A stretch of 63,520 nucleotides of DNA, the filler included. It is 3 parts of 3 records of this genome, joined end to end, with 100 filler letters (N's around TTAATTAATTAA, not from the genome) between each part and the next. Parts side by side here need not be neighbours in the genome. Positions count along the whole stretch, not along the records: positions 40,903 to 63,520 come from SRR20825006_3098; 2 more parts are not named here. One strand, 5' to 3'. Below, piece after piece: positions 41,608 through 50,135 of this stretch. The position numbers and the translations under genes are program-made. The notes below the pieces were generated by a model. It saw nothing but the letters and a program-made list of their open reading frames with translations. It was not told the DNA's origin and made no database searches. Numbering within the stretch: position 1 is the first letter of the stretch; every line of letters begins with the position of its first letter.

Positions 41608-41681
41608 TTTTTAATTTTAATAAAATTAGTGTTTAAGAAAACTACTTTTTGTTTACCAAATTTATCTGTCTTTGTATTTTA

Positions 41682-42185
41682 TTAAAATAATTGACTAATC
41701 GTTTTCATTGGTAAAAACATTTTTCCACTATCTGGAAGTTTTATAAAACCATACTTGTTATAAAAATTTTCCGCATCTTGGTCAATTGGGTCAACAACCA
41801 CAGCAAACGATGCAATAGTTTTAGATATTTCGTAACTTCTCTTTAAGGCATCTATTAATAGATACTTCCCAATTCCTTGCCCTTGAAATCTATTGTCAAT
41901 TGCTAGCCTTCCAAGTAAAGTTGCAGGGATTGAATTATAAGCCTTTGGTAGTTTATTCCGTATTTGATTTGGAATAAAATCTGAAGAAACGCTAGTATTT
42001 GACAACGTATAATAACCTTTAATTAGATTAGTTTCTATTTCGTTAATTACAAAACAAACAGAAAGCTTTCTTTTAACATCTTGATTTGCTTGTTTTTGAA
42101 TGTAAGTGTCTAACATTTCCTTTCCACAAGAAAACTCAGATTTTTTATGTTTAGAATTTAAAGGTTCTGATAATTGACTCATCAA
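41682..42185 (-). CDS. GNAT acetyltransferase toxin (AtaT/TacT/KacT-like)
   Basis: FSCGKEMLDTY, LGRLAID, QGQGIG acetyl-CoA loop and FYNKYGF. Start overlaps the antitoxin stop. Confidence 0.9.
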   Translation of the reverse strand: MMSQLSEPLNSKHKKSEFSCGKEMLDTYIQKQANQDVKRKLSVCFVINEIETNLIKGYYTLSNTSVSSDFIPNQIRNKLPKAYNSIPATLLGRLAIDNRFQGQGIGKYLLIDALKRSYEISKTIASFAVVVDPIDQDAENFYNKYGFIKLPDSGKMFLPMKTISQLF

Positions 42186-42472
42186 GTGAAAAGAGCTTTA
42201 AATTCATCCGCAGCTTTAGAAAGATCTTTGTTTGGTGTTTTAGGATTTAATACAGCTTCAAAAAACAGTTCACTATCTTTTTGAGAAGCAACTACCCGTT
42301 CTCTTTCCGATATTATCTCTTTAGCCTTTTCTTGAACTGCTATAACTACAAAATCAGTTAAATTTCTATAACCTCCTAATCTAGCTGCTCTCTCAAAAAA
42401 TAATTTTTGTTCTTTAGGAAGACGAGTATCAAATCTTGCGTTTTTAGTATTTTTTTTTTCTGTTGCCATCAC
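42182..42472 (-). CDS. DUF1778 ribbon-helix-helix antitoxin (AtaR/TacA-like)
   Basis: ARFDTRL...FERAARLGG...LTDFV...NPKTPNKDL. Confidence 0.9.
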   Translation of the reverse strand: MMATEKKNTKNARFDTRLPKEQKLFFERAARLGGYRNLTDFVVIAVQEKAKEIISERERVVASQKDSELFFEAVLNPKTPNKDLSKAADEFKALFT

Positions 42473-42483
42473 ATTCTTTTATA

Positions 42484-42541
42484 CAAATGTACGTTCATTT
42501 TACGTACTTCGCAAAATACAGTACGTAAATTAAACGTACAT
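42484..42541 (-). promoter_or_regulatory. Toxin-antitoxin promoter with two GTACGT-N7-ACGTAC operators
   Basis: Operators at 42489-42507 and 42521-42539. Bacteroidota promoter TTTG-N20-TACATTTG (-7 box at 42484-42491). Confidence 0.8.
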
Positions 42542-42636
42542 ATACAACCTATTTCTTTTTGGTTGCGTTAGGATAAGCATAATATTTATATGTATAGAAA
42601 ATAAGCGCAAAACCTCCAAAAACCTAAATCCTTCAT

Positions 42637-43323
42637 TTAGAAAAATCGTTCCTCCGTAAAAAAAGAAGCTCCTACCGGGGTAGTTACCGCTCCCGAGGAG
42701 CTTTTATGATCTCCTGCACACATTGTCACCCTTCCCGCAGGGATAATTAGCTTTTCTGCACTATTATCTGTCCTAGTTTCATTAGCTCTAGCAAGTAAAT
42801 CTGCCATAGTAGCTGCGGTAGTTTCGGCGGTAGTTAACTGTTCCATATCAAACATAATTTTCTCTAATTCCTGAGGGTTTTTATTCCCTAAAGAAGCTAG
42901 ATCACTTAAATCCTGAATCATATCTGCATGTCCAAAACCCGTGCTAATCTCTTGGGTACGACTTAATAGGTCTTCTCGTTCTCTAAAAGCAAACCGAAAA
43001 GCATTTAACAACTCTTCTCTTAAGGCATAAGCGTCTGGCGACCGTAAGTCCCATTCCTTGCGTGCTTCCTCTCTTCCATAGCGCTCGCTTACCCAAAGAG
43101 ATTGTGCATGCCTAAGTGCTCCTGCTCGAACTGGTAAATCTTCCATATAAATTATCCAATTCAAGCCCACAGCTTCCAACGCTCTTTTATCTTCTTGCGC
43201 CCAAACATATAAGTCCTCCGCCTCTTGCAAATAACTATCTACTGGCATGTTTATTCTCTTTACCTCTTCCAATGGTATGCTTTTTAATAAGCTAAACTTA
43301 GTTTCATAATTCTCTTTGCTCAT
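42637..43323 (-). CDS. Hypothetical all-helical protein with an aberrant heptad-repeat tail (possibly 3'-deleted)
   Basis: 228-aa ORF with motifs MPV...QEAEDL and HADMIQDLSDLA. The last ~40 aa come from 21-nt periodic DNA. Confidence 0.65.
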   Translation of the reverse strand: MSKENYETKFSLLKSIPLEEVKRINMPVDSYLQEAEDLYVWAQEDKRALEAVGLNWIIYMEDLPVRAGALRHAQSLWVSERYGREEARKEWDLRSPDAYALREELLNAFRFAFREREDLLSRTQEISTGFGHADMIQDLSDLASLGNKNPQELEKIMFDMEQLTTAETTAATMADLLARANETRTDNSAEKLIIPAGRVTMCAGDHKSSSGAVTTPVGASFFTEERFF

Positions 43324-43376
43324 AATTTACTATTTACAGGGTTACTATTTTACATCATTAATTTTGAAATCCTATT

Positions 43377-46058
43377 TTATCGGGTTTTGGGGTTAAATTC
43401 TTGAGGTGCTGTTTTAGGTTCATTTATAGTTCCATCGGCTCCAGTATCATTATAAATGGTCCATTCGGAAAATGTATAGTCCGTATTATTTTTAACAACT
43501 GTAGTATTTCGTACAGCACGTCCATCTTCAAATTCGTGATTGGTGCCCGAGCCATCCTCTCCAGGAACACCAAATACATCTACCACCTTCCCATTTCCAT
43601 CTACCAGATGCATAGTATCATCACCATTAGAATCTGCTGCACCGCCAGTACCCCCTTCTAAATCTGGCGGAAAACCATAAACCACTTCAAAAGAGAGCGC
43701 ATCTGCCGCAATTACAAAAGCACTTAAGGGCGCCATAGTATATCCTGTTAAATCAATAACACTTCTTGCGGTAAATTCGGTATTAGAATTTGTATACCTA
43801 CGTAAGCTCCAGCCCGACAAACTAACAGGCTCACTACCTGCATTAAAAAGTTCTATAAATCGCATATTTGTGGTAGTGTTACTATTATCTGGGTCGGCTA
43901 TTTCTGAAATTAAAATACTAGTACTCGTGTTTTTTAACGAACAATCTTCGTAACTATCTGTAAACTGAAAATCCATTGCATCTCTAACATATAAATTGTT
44001 GCCAAAGGGAATTCCTACTACATTTCCACGACCTTTTACCACCGAGGCATTGGAAAAAGTAGCTGTTTTTGAAATGGAAATAATAAATTGATCCTCACAG
44101 TTAGTCAATTCATTTTCTCCTCCGTAAGTTGAATTAAGATCTTTAAACTGAAAATTATTTATTTGTACTAATTTATTTTGATAGTTCCCCGTTAAAAACG
44201 CCTCTAAGCCTATTATTTCTGGCTGAATTGTATTTCCATCAACACTACTTAAAATATGTTCCGAAGTAATCTTTGTTAGCAAGAATCCATTTTTATTCTT
44301 TTTTATACGCAAACCTCGTAAAGCAATTTCTATTTTAGAATTTACCTTTAATTGATGCGGAGCATCAAACTCCAATTCAATTCCAACATCTCCACTTTGC
44401 ATTATAGCCTTAGTTTCTTCAAGGTTTAATGTTGAATAATTGGAGGTAATTATCCCTCTAATTTTTATGTTTTCTACTATCTCTTCGGAAGTCTCTCCAA
44501 ACCCCATTAATAAAGTTTCCAGACTAATTTCGGTAGCGTTTTGTAATACATTACACCTTTCGGTATTCATTTGTAAAACATCCTCTAGACTTCGGATGCG
44601 TAATTGATACTTTTTATCATATTGTAAAATACCAATAATGATTCCATTTTCTTGAGGTAGAAGCGAATCTCCATTTTTAAATCTTCTAGAAGTAGAAACA
44701 AAGATTTCATTTGCAAAACAATCGGTTACTGCGCTTTTAGTGTCCTTATTACTAACTACAAAAGTTGACTCTTTTATAAATTGCACCGAAGCAATAGCCA
44801 CCAAGCTCCCAAGGTCTTTTTCTGAAATAGCATTTATTTCAATAGCTTTTGGAGTTACATGCTGCGTCTCTTCTCCTAGATAAAAAAAGCGATAAAAATC
44901 TTCCTCTTGAATGCCAGAAAACGCATCGTCCTTCAAAACCCCTAAAACAAATTCTCCATCTACCTTATGAAGTGTTATTCCATTAACCGCAATAGTTATT
45001 TCATGATTCAATTGAAAAGTTTCAAAAAGAGCTATTTCCTCAATTTTAATATTAATTCCACCCGACTCATCTTGTACATATATTTCCTTATAAAAATTCC
45101 CCGAACTATCATTAGCAGTAATTACACCCTTAATAACCAAAGACTCTTTTAATGTTATTGAGGTTTCTTTATACATTTCTTTAATGGATTGGATAGTGGT
45201 ATTTGCTATAGGCGTTTCACAATAATATTCAATACCTCTACAGCGTACATTATTCATTTTAACATCCTCTAAATCTCTAACGGTAAGGATATAATTGTTT
45301 TGATTTCTTGTTAAAACCCCTGTAATAGTTCCATTTCCAAGAGGCAATAATGCGGCTTGAAAATCTGCAAATCCGCTATTCTCCATAAATACTTCATTGC
45401 CTTCGCAATCTTTTAAAATATGCGTTTTAGCTTTTTGAGGTTCAGCATAGGTACTGCATAAGCTAGCGGGAGTTAGCTCTACATTTTGCAAGGTTACCAA
45501 GGTGTTTACCATGGTAGAATCTAATTCTGAAATTAAATATTTCTTTGGAGTAATTACCGAAACAGCATCACAGGAAACTAAAATATGCTCGTTAATTTTT
45601 GTAGCTGGCAACCTCCCTACAGATAAATTTCCGAAAGCCGAAAAGGTTCCACCCAGTTTAAATGTCCCTTTATTGTTATCTAAATAGAGTCCTTTTAAAT
45701 TGAGGTATATTTTTTGACCCATAGGATAAAACAAATATAAATCCTGTAGATCCAGTTCTAACTGAAAACCTTGCGTTGGATTGCTTTGATGGTTTTGAAA
45801 ATGTATACTTCCGAAGAAATTTCCAGTCAGATCTGAAGAGTTTATATATCCTTCAATAATAAGTTCCTCTTGAATTTGTAAAACTTCTCCCTTATAAAGT
45901 ACTTTTACTGCTTCAAAAGTTATATTAACGGTAGGCATTTCTCCTATGCAACTATCTTTTGGAGGCGTGTACTCATCATCCGCTACACACGCAAAAATCA
46001 GCATCAAAGTAATGCTAATAAAAGAACTAAAAGCTATTATTCTCTTTAGATTTTGCAT
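43377..46058 (-). CDS. Surface lipoprotein with three DUF5689-like (OB-fold) modules and a C-terminal lamin-tail-like domain
   Basis: Lipobox LIFAC. Three repeats begin I.G.I.S/A.D..GNF (IEGYINSSDLTGNF, IKGVITANDSSGNF, degenerate IRGIITSNYSTLNL). C-terminal ILISEIADP...FIELFNAGSEPVSLSGWSL. Confidence 0.8.
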   Translation of the reverse strand: MQNLKRIIAFSSFISITLMLIFACVADDEYTPPKDSCIGEMPTVNITFEAVKVLYKGEVLQIQEELIIEGYINSSDLTGNFFGSIHFQNHQSNPTQGFQLELDLQDLYLFYPMGQKIYLNLKGLYLDNNKGTFKLGGTFSAFGNLSVGRLPATKINEHILVSCDAVSVITPKKYLISELDSTMVNTLVTLQNVELTPASLCSTYAEPQKAKTHILKDCEGNEVFMENSGFADFQAALLPLGNGTITGVLTRNQNNYILTVRDLEDVKMNNVRCRGIEYYCETPIANTTIQSIKEMYKETSITLKESLVIKGVITANDSSGNFYKEIYVQDESGGINIKIEEIALFETFQLNHEITIAVNGITLHKVDGEFVLGVLKDDAFSGIQEEDFYRFFYLGEETQHVTPKAIEINAISEKDLGSLVAIASVQFIKESTFVVSNKDTKSAVTDCFANEIFVSTSRRFKNGDSLLPQENGIIIGILQYDKKYQLRIRSLEDVLQMNTERCNVLQNATEISLETLLMGFGETSEEIVENIKIRGIITSNYSTLNLEETKAIMQSGDVGIELEFDAPHQLKVNSKIEIALRGLRIKKNKNGFLLTKITSEHILSSVDGNTIQPEIIGLEAFLTGNYQNKLVQINNFQFKDLNSTYGGENELTNCEDQFIISISKTATFSNASVVKGRGNVVGIPFGNNLYVRDAMDFQFTDSYEDCSLKNTSTSILISEIADPDNSNTTTNMRFIELFNAGSEPVSLSGWSLRRYTNSNTEFTARSVIDLTGYTMAPLSAFVIAADALSFEVVYGFPPDLEGGTGGAADSNGDDTMHLVDGNGKVVDVFGVPGEDGSGTNHEFEDGRAVRNTTVVKNNTDYTFSEWTIYNDTGADGTINEPKTAPQEFNPKTR

Positions 46059-46059
46059 C

Positions 46060-48216
46060 TTAAAAACTTATTGCAAGGTTTACAAAATAGGTTCTTCCGT
46101 AGCCGTACCAATACTTATTTCCAAACTGCGGAGCACCGCGCTGCACATCTATAAATGCTTGTCCGAAATTTGCATTTCTACTCTGCTCATATCCGCCGCT
46201 TTTATAAGTAACATCAAAAACATTGTTAATACTGGCAAACAGACTTACATATCTCTTGTAAATACGCCACGATTTTCCTCCAGTAAGATTTAATAAGTAA
46301 ATAGGGGTTAATCGTTCTTGAGTTAAAAGCATAGCCACTTGCTCTTCAGAAGCATTTGGAAAAGTACCTCCCTCTGGATTTTGCAAGAAACTTTCGGTTC
46401 TTTTAATTGCTGAAATATCTATATAATTATCTGCCAAATAATTACCAGTTATTCCTACCCACCAATATTTACTGCTCCTATAATCTACCCCGATTGAATA
46501 TGCTTTTTGCGGTCCAACAGCTAGTTTATAATCTTTAATATTAGTTTTTCCTAAATCTAAAGTCCCTATCAAATTAATTAAATCATCCTCGGCGCCAACC
46601 GTATCAAAATTGATACTTACCTCTGCATTTTTGGAATAGCTATAATCTCCATAGGATGCCACCGCAGAAAGTTTAATTTCTGAAGTAGCTTGGTAGGCAA
46701 ACCCGAGTTCTCCACCATAATGTAATTTTTCAATATTGGTAACTACCTCCTGTACAAAATCGCTCCCAACCCCAGCATCTACATAGAAATAATTAATATC
46801 AGTGGCATTTTTAAATTCAGTATAATAGCCTGTTAGTCGCATTGTAATTTCTGGCAAGTTTAAATGATAAGAGAAAGATGCCGAAGTGCTAATTTCCGAC
46901 TGTAAGCTATCCACCACTTTATTATTCTCTCTTGAATTAATAAAGCTATTTTGAAGAGTTGGAGCGCTCGTTATATATGCTCCCATCCCATTAATTGAAT
47001 GTCGGTTATTTAATTTGAATGTAAATCCGGCTTTAACTCCATAATTAGAAAAAGACAACGCTTCACTTTTCCCTTCTGAAGTTAACGGAAATCGCTCATT
47101 TAAAAACAACCCTTCTCTTTGATAAGAGGTATTTGAGGTTTTACCTGAAATAAAAAAGGCAAGTTTTTCAAACTGAAAATTCCCTTGCAAAAAAGCTTCA
47201 TATTGACTGGAAACAATGTTATAGTTATACCCCATTCTATCGCCTTCAGTTTTATTTAAAGTACCATTTGCATCATTTTTAGTATTAGAAAACGGATCGA
47301 TATCTTCATGAAATTGCGCGCCCAATAAATCTGCTAACAACCCGTAGTTTTCAGAATTTGAACTTAAATACCTAAAACCTGTATCTAGTTTAAAAAACTC
47401 ATTGAATGTATAATTTGCATTTATATTTACGGATATCAAGTTTTCTTCCGTAGCATCATTATATAATACATAAGAGCTTTTCCCATTATTTGTTTCTGAA
47501 AGATTTGCACTATATAAACTATTCCAATGTATTTGAGGATCATTTATAAAACCTTCTTTTGCTAAGTTGGCATTCTCAAAATTAGCCTCCGAAGGATTAT
47601 TAATATAAAAGCTTGGTAAATAGCGGTAATAATCTGGATTAGGACTCGGCGCATTGTAATACCCTAAACGACTACTAGTTAAGATCCCGAATTGATAAGC
47701 AGCACCCAACTTAACGCTTAATTTATCGCCTAAATATTCATAATTAAACATAAAAATAGGCTCTTCAATTTCTCGTATTCTAGAATTTCTACGCTCCCCC
47801 TCTTGAGTTCCCCAATAGGGGTTATATTTCCGACCTACTAATTCAAAAACCTCATTTGTTACAGCAGAAGACTTCCCTCTTCTATTGGGGGTATAAAACC
47901 CTGTGAAGTATAGCGTGTGCTGTGCATTAGGCTGATATCCTATAGCGCCAAAAACTGAATATGCGTCGTATAGCGTCCCATCAATATAACCTTCTTTAGT
48001 AATTTTTAATACATACGTTCCTGCTAAAATATTTTCTAAGCTGAAGTAACCATCTGCCAAAGATTGTATTTTATGAAATGAATCTTCTATTTCTATTGAT
48101 GCTCCGTTTACAGGGAGATTAGTGCGAGCGTCAAAGAGAGAACCCTCCACCTTATTTTCTTGAGAAGCTAGCGTCTCAAATAGCAAACATATAAGTATAA
48201 AAACTCCAGATCTCAT
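46060..48216 (-). CDS. TonB-dependent-receptor-like outer-membrane protein, apparently lacking the plug domain
   Basis: Signal peptide, carboxypeptidase-regulatory-like domain, then barrel strands and the terminal YWYGYGRTYFVNLAISF. Only 718 aa with no plug motifs. Confidence 0.8.
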   Translation of the reverse strand: MRSGVFILICLLFETLASQENKVEGSLFDARTNLPVNGASIEIEDSFHKIQSLADGYFSLENILAGTYVLKITKEGYIDGTLYDAYSVFGAIGYQPNAQHTLYFTGFYTPNRRGKSSAVTNEVFELVGRKYNPYWGTQEGERRNSRIREIEEPIFMFNYEYLGDKLSVKLGAAYQFGILTSSRLGYYNAPSPNPDYYRYLPSFYINNPSEANFENANLAKEGFINDPQIHWNSLYSANLSETNNGKSSYVLYNDATEENLISVNINANYTFNEFFKLDTGFRYLSSNSENYGLLADLLGAQFHEDIDPFSNTKNDANGTLNKTEGDRMGYNYNIVSSQYEAFLQGNFQFEKLAFFISGKTSNTSYQREGLFLNERFPLTSEGKSEALSFSNYGVKAGFTFKLNNRHSINGMGAYITSAPTLQNSFINSRENNKVVDSLQSEISTSASFSYHLNLPEITMRLTGYYTEFKNATDINYFYVDAGVGSDFVQEVVTNIEKLHYGGELGFAYQATSEIKLSAVASYGDYSYSKNAEVSINFDTVGAEDDLINLIGTLDLGKTNIKDYKLAVGPQKAYSIGVDYRSSKYWWVGITGNYLADNYIDISAIKRTESFLQNPEGGTFPNASEEQVAMLLTQERLTPIYLLNLTGGKSWRIYKRYVSLFASINNVFDVTYKSGGYEQSRNANFGQAFIDVQRGAPQFGNKYWYGYGRTYFVNLAISF

Positions 48217-48364
48217 TGGTTAGGATTTACTTATTTCAAAGAAGACTAAAAACACCAACCTCTATGCGTATAATACTATATAACATAAGGGCTTAATAAA
48301 TTAGTAGTTGACCAATATACAAATAAATAAAGTATATTTACTACAGTTAAATAGAAAATAAAAC

Positions 48365-49414
48365 ATGAAGATATTGATTGTATTAATATGTATTAGCGTA
48401 TGTTCAATAATACATAGTCAAGAAAACGATTATAATATTGAATCTATAGTGTTTTATAATGTAGAAAATTTGTACGATACTTTAAACGACACGCTAACTT
48501 TTGATGATGACAGAACCCCAGACGGAAAATACCAATGGAATCTAGATAAATATACGCTCAAAATAGCGCAAATTGCCAAGACATTAAAAGCTTTAAATAA
48601 CGACACCTATATTGCTACTCCAACAATTATTGGTCTTGCTGAAATAGAAAACATCAAGGTTTTAACCGATTTAAAAAACCACGAAGACTTGTTAGCTAGC
48701 AATTATGGAATTATCCATGAAGACTCCCCAGATGAACGTGGAATTGATGTGGCATTACTTTATAAAAAGGATAGCTTTATACCGAATACGATACATAGCA
48801 GGCGACTCATAATTTATAATGAAAAAGGTTTTAGAGATTACACTAGAGACCAACTTGTAGTTGATGGCTACCTACATGGAACATATTTTTGCTTTATAGT
48901 AAACCATTGGCCATCTAGAAGTGGAGGAGTACAAAGAAGCAAACCTTTTAGAGAAGCCGCCGCTAGGCTAAATAAGCAAATTATAGATTCGGTTTCTAGA
49001 AAACATCCAAAAATAAAAATTATTAGTATGGGCGATTTTAACGATAATCCAACTGATAATTCATTTAAAAATATCCTAAGAACAAAAGGAAATAAAGTAA
49101 TTCAAGAAGAGCCATATCTCTACAATCCAATGGAAAAGATCTACAAAAAAGGAATTGGTTCTTTAGCGTATCAAGATAAGTGGAGTTTATTTGATCAGAT
49201 TTATTTTACCTCGAATTTATTAGAAGATAATAATGGGTATCGATTTTGGAAAGCAGGAGTCTATGCGCCTAACTATTTAAAAACAAAAACTGGAAAATAC
49301 AAAGGATATCCATTGAGAAGCTATGCTTCTGGCGTTTACTACGCCGGATATTCTGACCATTTTCCAGTTTATATCTATTTGGTAAGAAAGTTAACTATTA
49401 ATAAAAGTGAATAG
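48365..49414 (+). CDS. Secreted endonuclease/exonuclease/phosphatase (DNase I-like) family protein
   Basis: Signal peptide, FYNVENLYD, GLAEIEN, NHWPSR, GDFND, FDQI and SDHFPV catalytic motifs. Confidence 0.93.
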   Translation: MKILIVLICISVCSIIHSQENDYNIESIVFYNVENLYDTLNDTLTFDDDRTPDGKYQWNLDKYTLKIAQIAKTLKALNNDTYIATPTIIGLAEIENIKVLTDLKNHEDLLASNYGIIHEDSPDERGIDVALLYKKDSFIPNTIHSRRLIIYNEKGFRDYTRDQLVVDGYLHGTYFCFIVNHWPSRSGGVQRSKPFREAAARLNKQIIDSVSRKHPKIKIISMGDFNDNPTDNSFKNILRTKGNKVIQEEPYLYNPMEKIYKKGIGSLAYQDKWSLFDQIYFTSNLLEDNNGYRFWKAGVYAPNYLKTKTGKYKGYPLRSYASGVYYAGYSDHFPVYIYLVRKLTINKSE

Positions 49415-49532
49415 CTAGTGTGTTATGTACTTTTTAGTATTTCGTTTATTAGGACTGTTTAGGATCTTAAAGACAACCCTTCGACAAGCTCAGGGCTACA
49501 GTCAACACTAAATTATTGTAACACAGCACTAG
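49415..49532. mobile_element. Putative MITE/IS remnant containing a REP-like motif
   Basis: CTAG at both ends, imperfect terminal inverted repeats (CTAGTG..TGTTA..TTTAGTRTT) and an internal CCCTTCGACAAGCTCAGGG. Confidence 0.5.
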
Positions 49533-49586
49533 TTAAACTTATGTAACTCTTAATTTCCAACCTTTAATTGCTTAGGAACAGCGTTC

Positions 49587-50021
49587 TTAATCGAACCAAA
49601 GCATATAAGGTATTCTAAGTAAAATAAGGAAAAGTCCGATTCCGTAGAATAAAGCAATTTTTCCAAATTTTCTTTTAGAAGTAGTTTCTTTTTTATGTTT
49701 ACTCCACCCAATAGTAATTAAAGCAATAGCAATAATGTTAGTAAAAGGATGCTCTACAAGCACTAATCTTAGGAGACTATCACTCATAACGCCCCCTGTT
49801 TGCCATGAAGCAAATCTAGGAGAAACGAAATAAAGCACGAGTCCTATTAGAAGTTGAATATGCGAAAATATTAGTGCAAAAAGACTAACTCTAAGATCCT
49901 TAGCCATGCTAAAATCTTTATTTTTAAAATAACCTACCATAGCATTTAGAACTGCTATAACAAGTACTAAAAGGGTGAAATATGCCCAATATGAGTGTAA
50001 AACATTAACTGTTGAATACAT
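49587..50021 (-). CDS. Conserved 4-TM membrane protein with His residues (cytochrome-b-like)
   Basis: LHSYWAY, SHIQLLIG, VEHP and RIP motifs. Confidence 0.75.
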   Translation of the reverse strand: MYSTVNVLHSYWAYFTLLVLVIAVLNAMVGYFKNKDFSMAKDLRVSLFALIFSHIQLLIGLVLYFVSPRFASWQTGGVMSDSLLRLVLVEHPFTNIIAIALITIGWSKHKKETTSKRKFGKIALFYGIGLFLILLRIPYMLWFD

Positions 50022-50087
50022 GAATGAGATTGTTTAGTTTGTATTCAAAAATACACATTATAGCTGATAAATTTCCAGAAAAGGCAT

Positions 50088-50114
50088 AAAAAAACCCCGC
50101 AAATTGCGGGGTTT
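50088..50114 (-). terminator. Rho-independent terminator of the second TonB receptor
   Basis: aaaccccgca-aat-tgcggggttt stem with a T-run on the minus strand. Confidence 0.85.
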
Positions 50115-50135
50115 AATTTTTATAATAAGATCTTA

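Noticed and set aside
42650-42760. 21-nt periodic tract as a CRISPR array
   Set aside because: Units are too short and degenerate, there is no repeat-spacer structure, and no cas genes are present.
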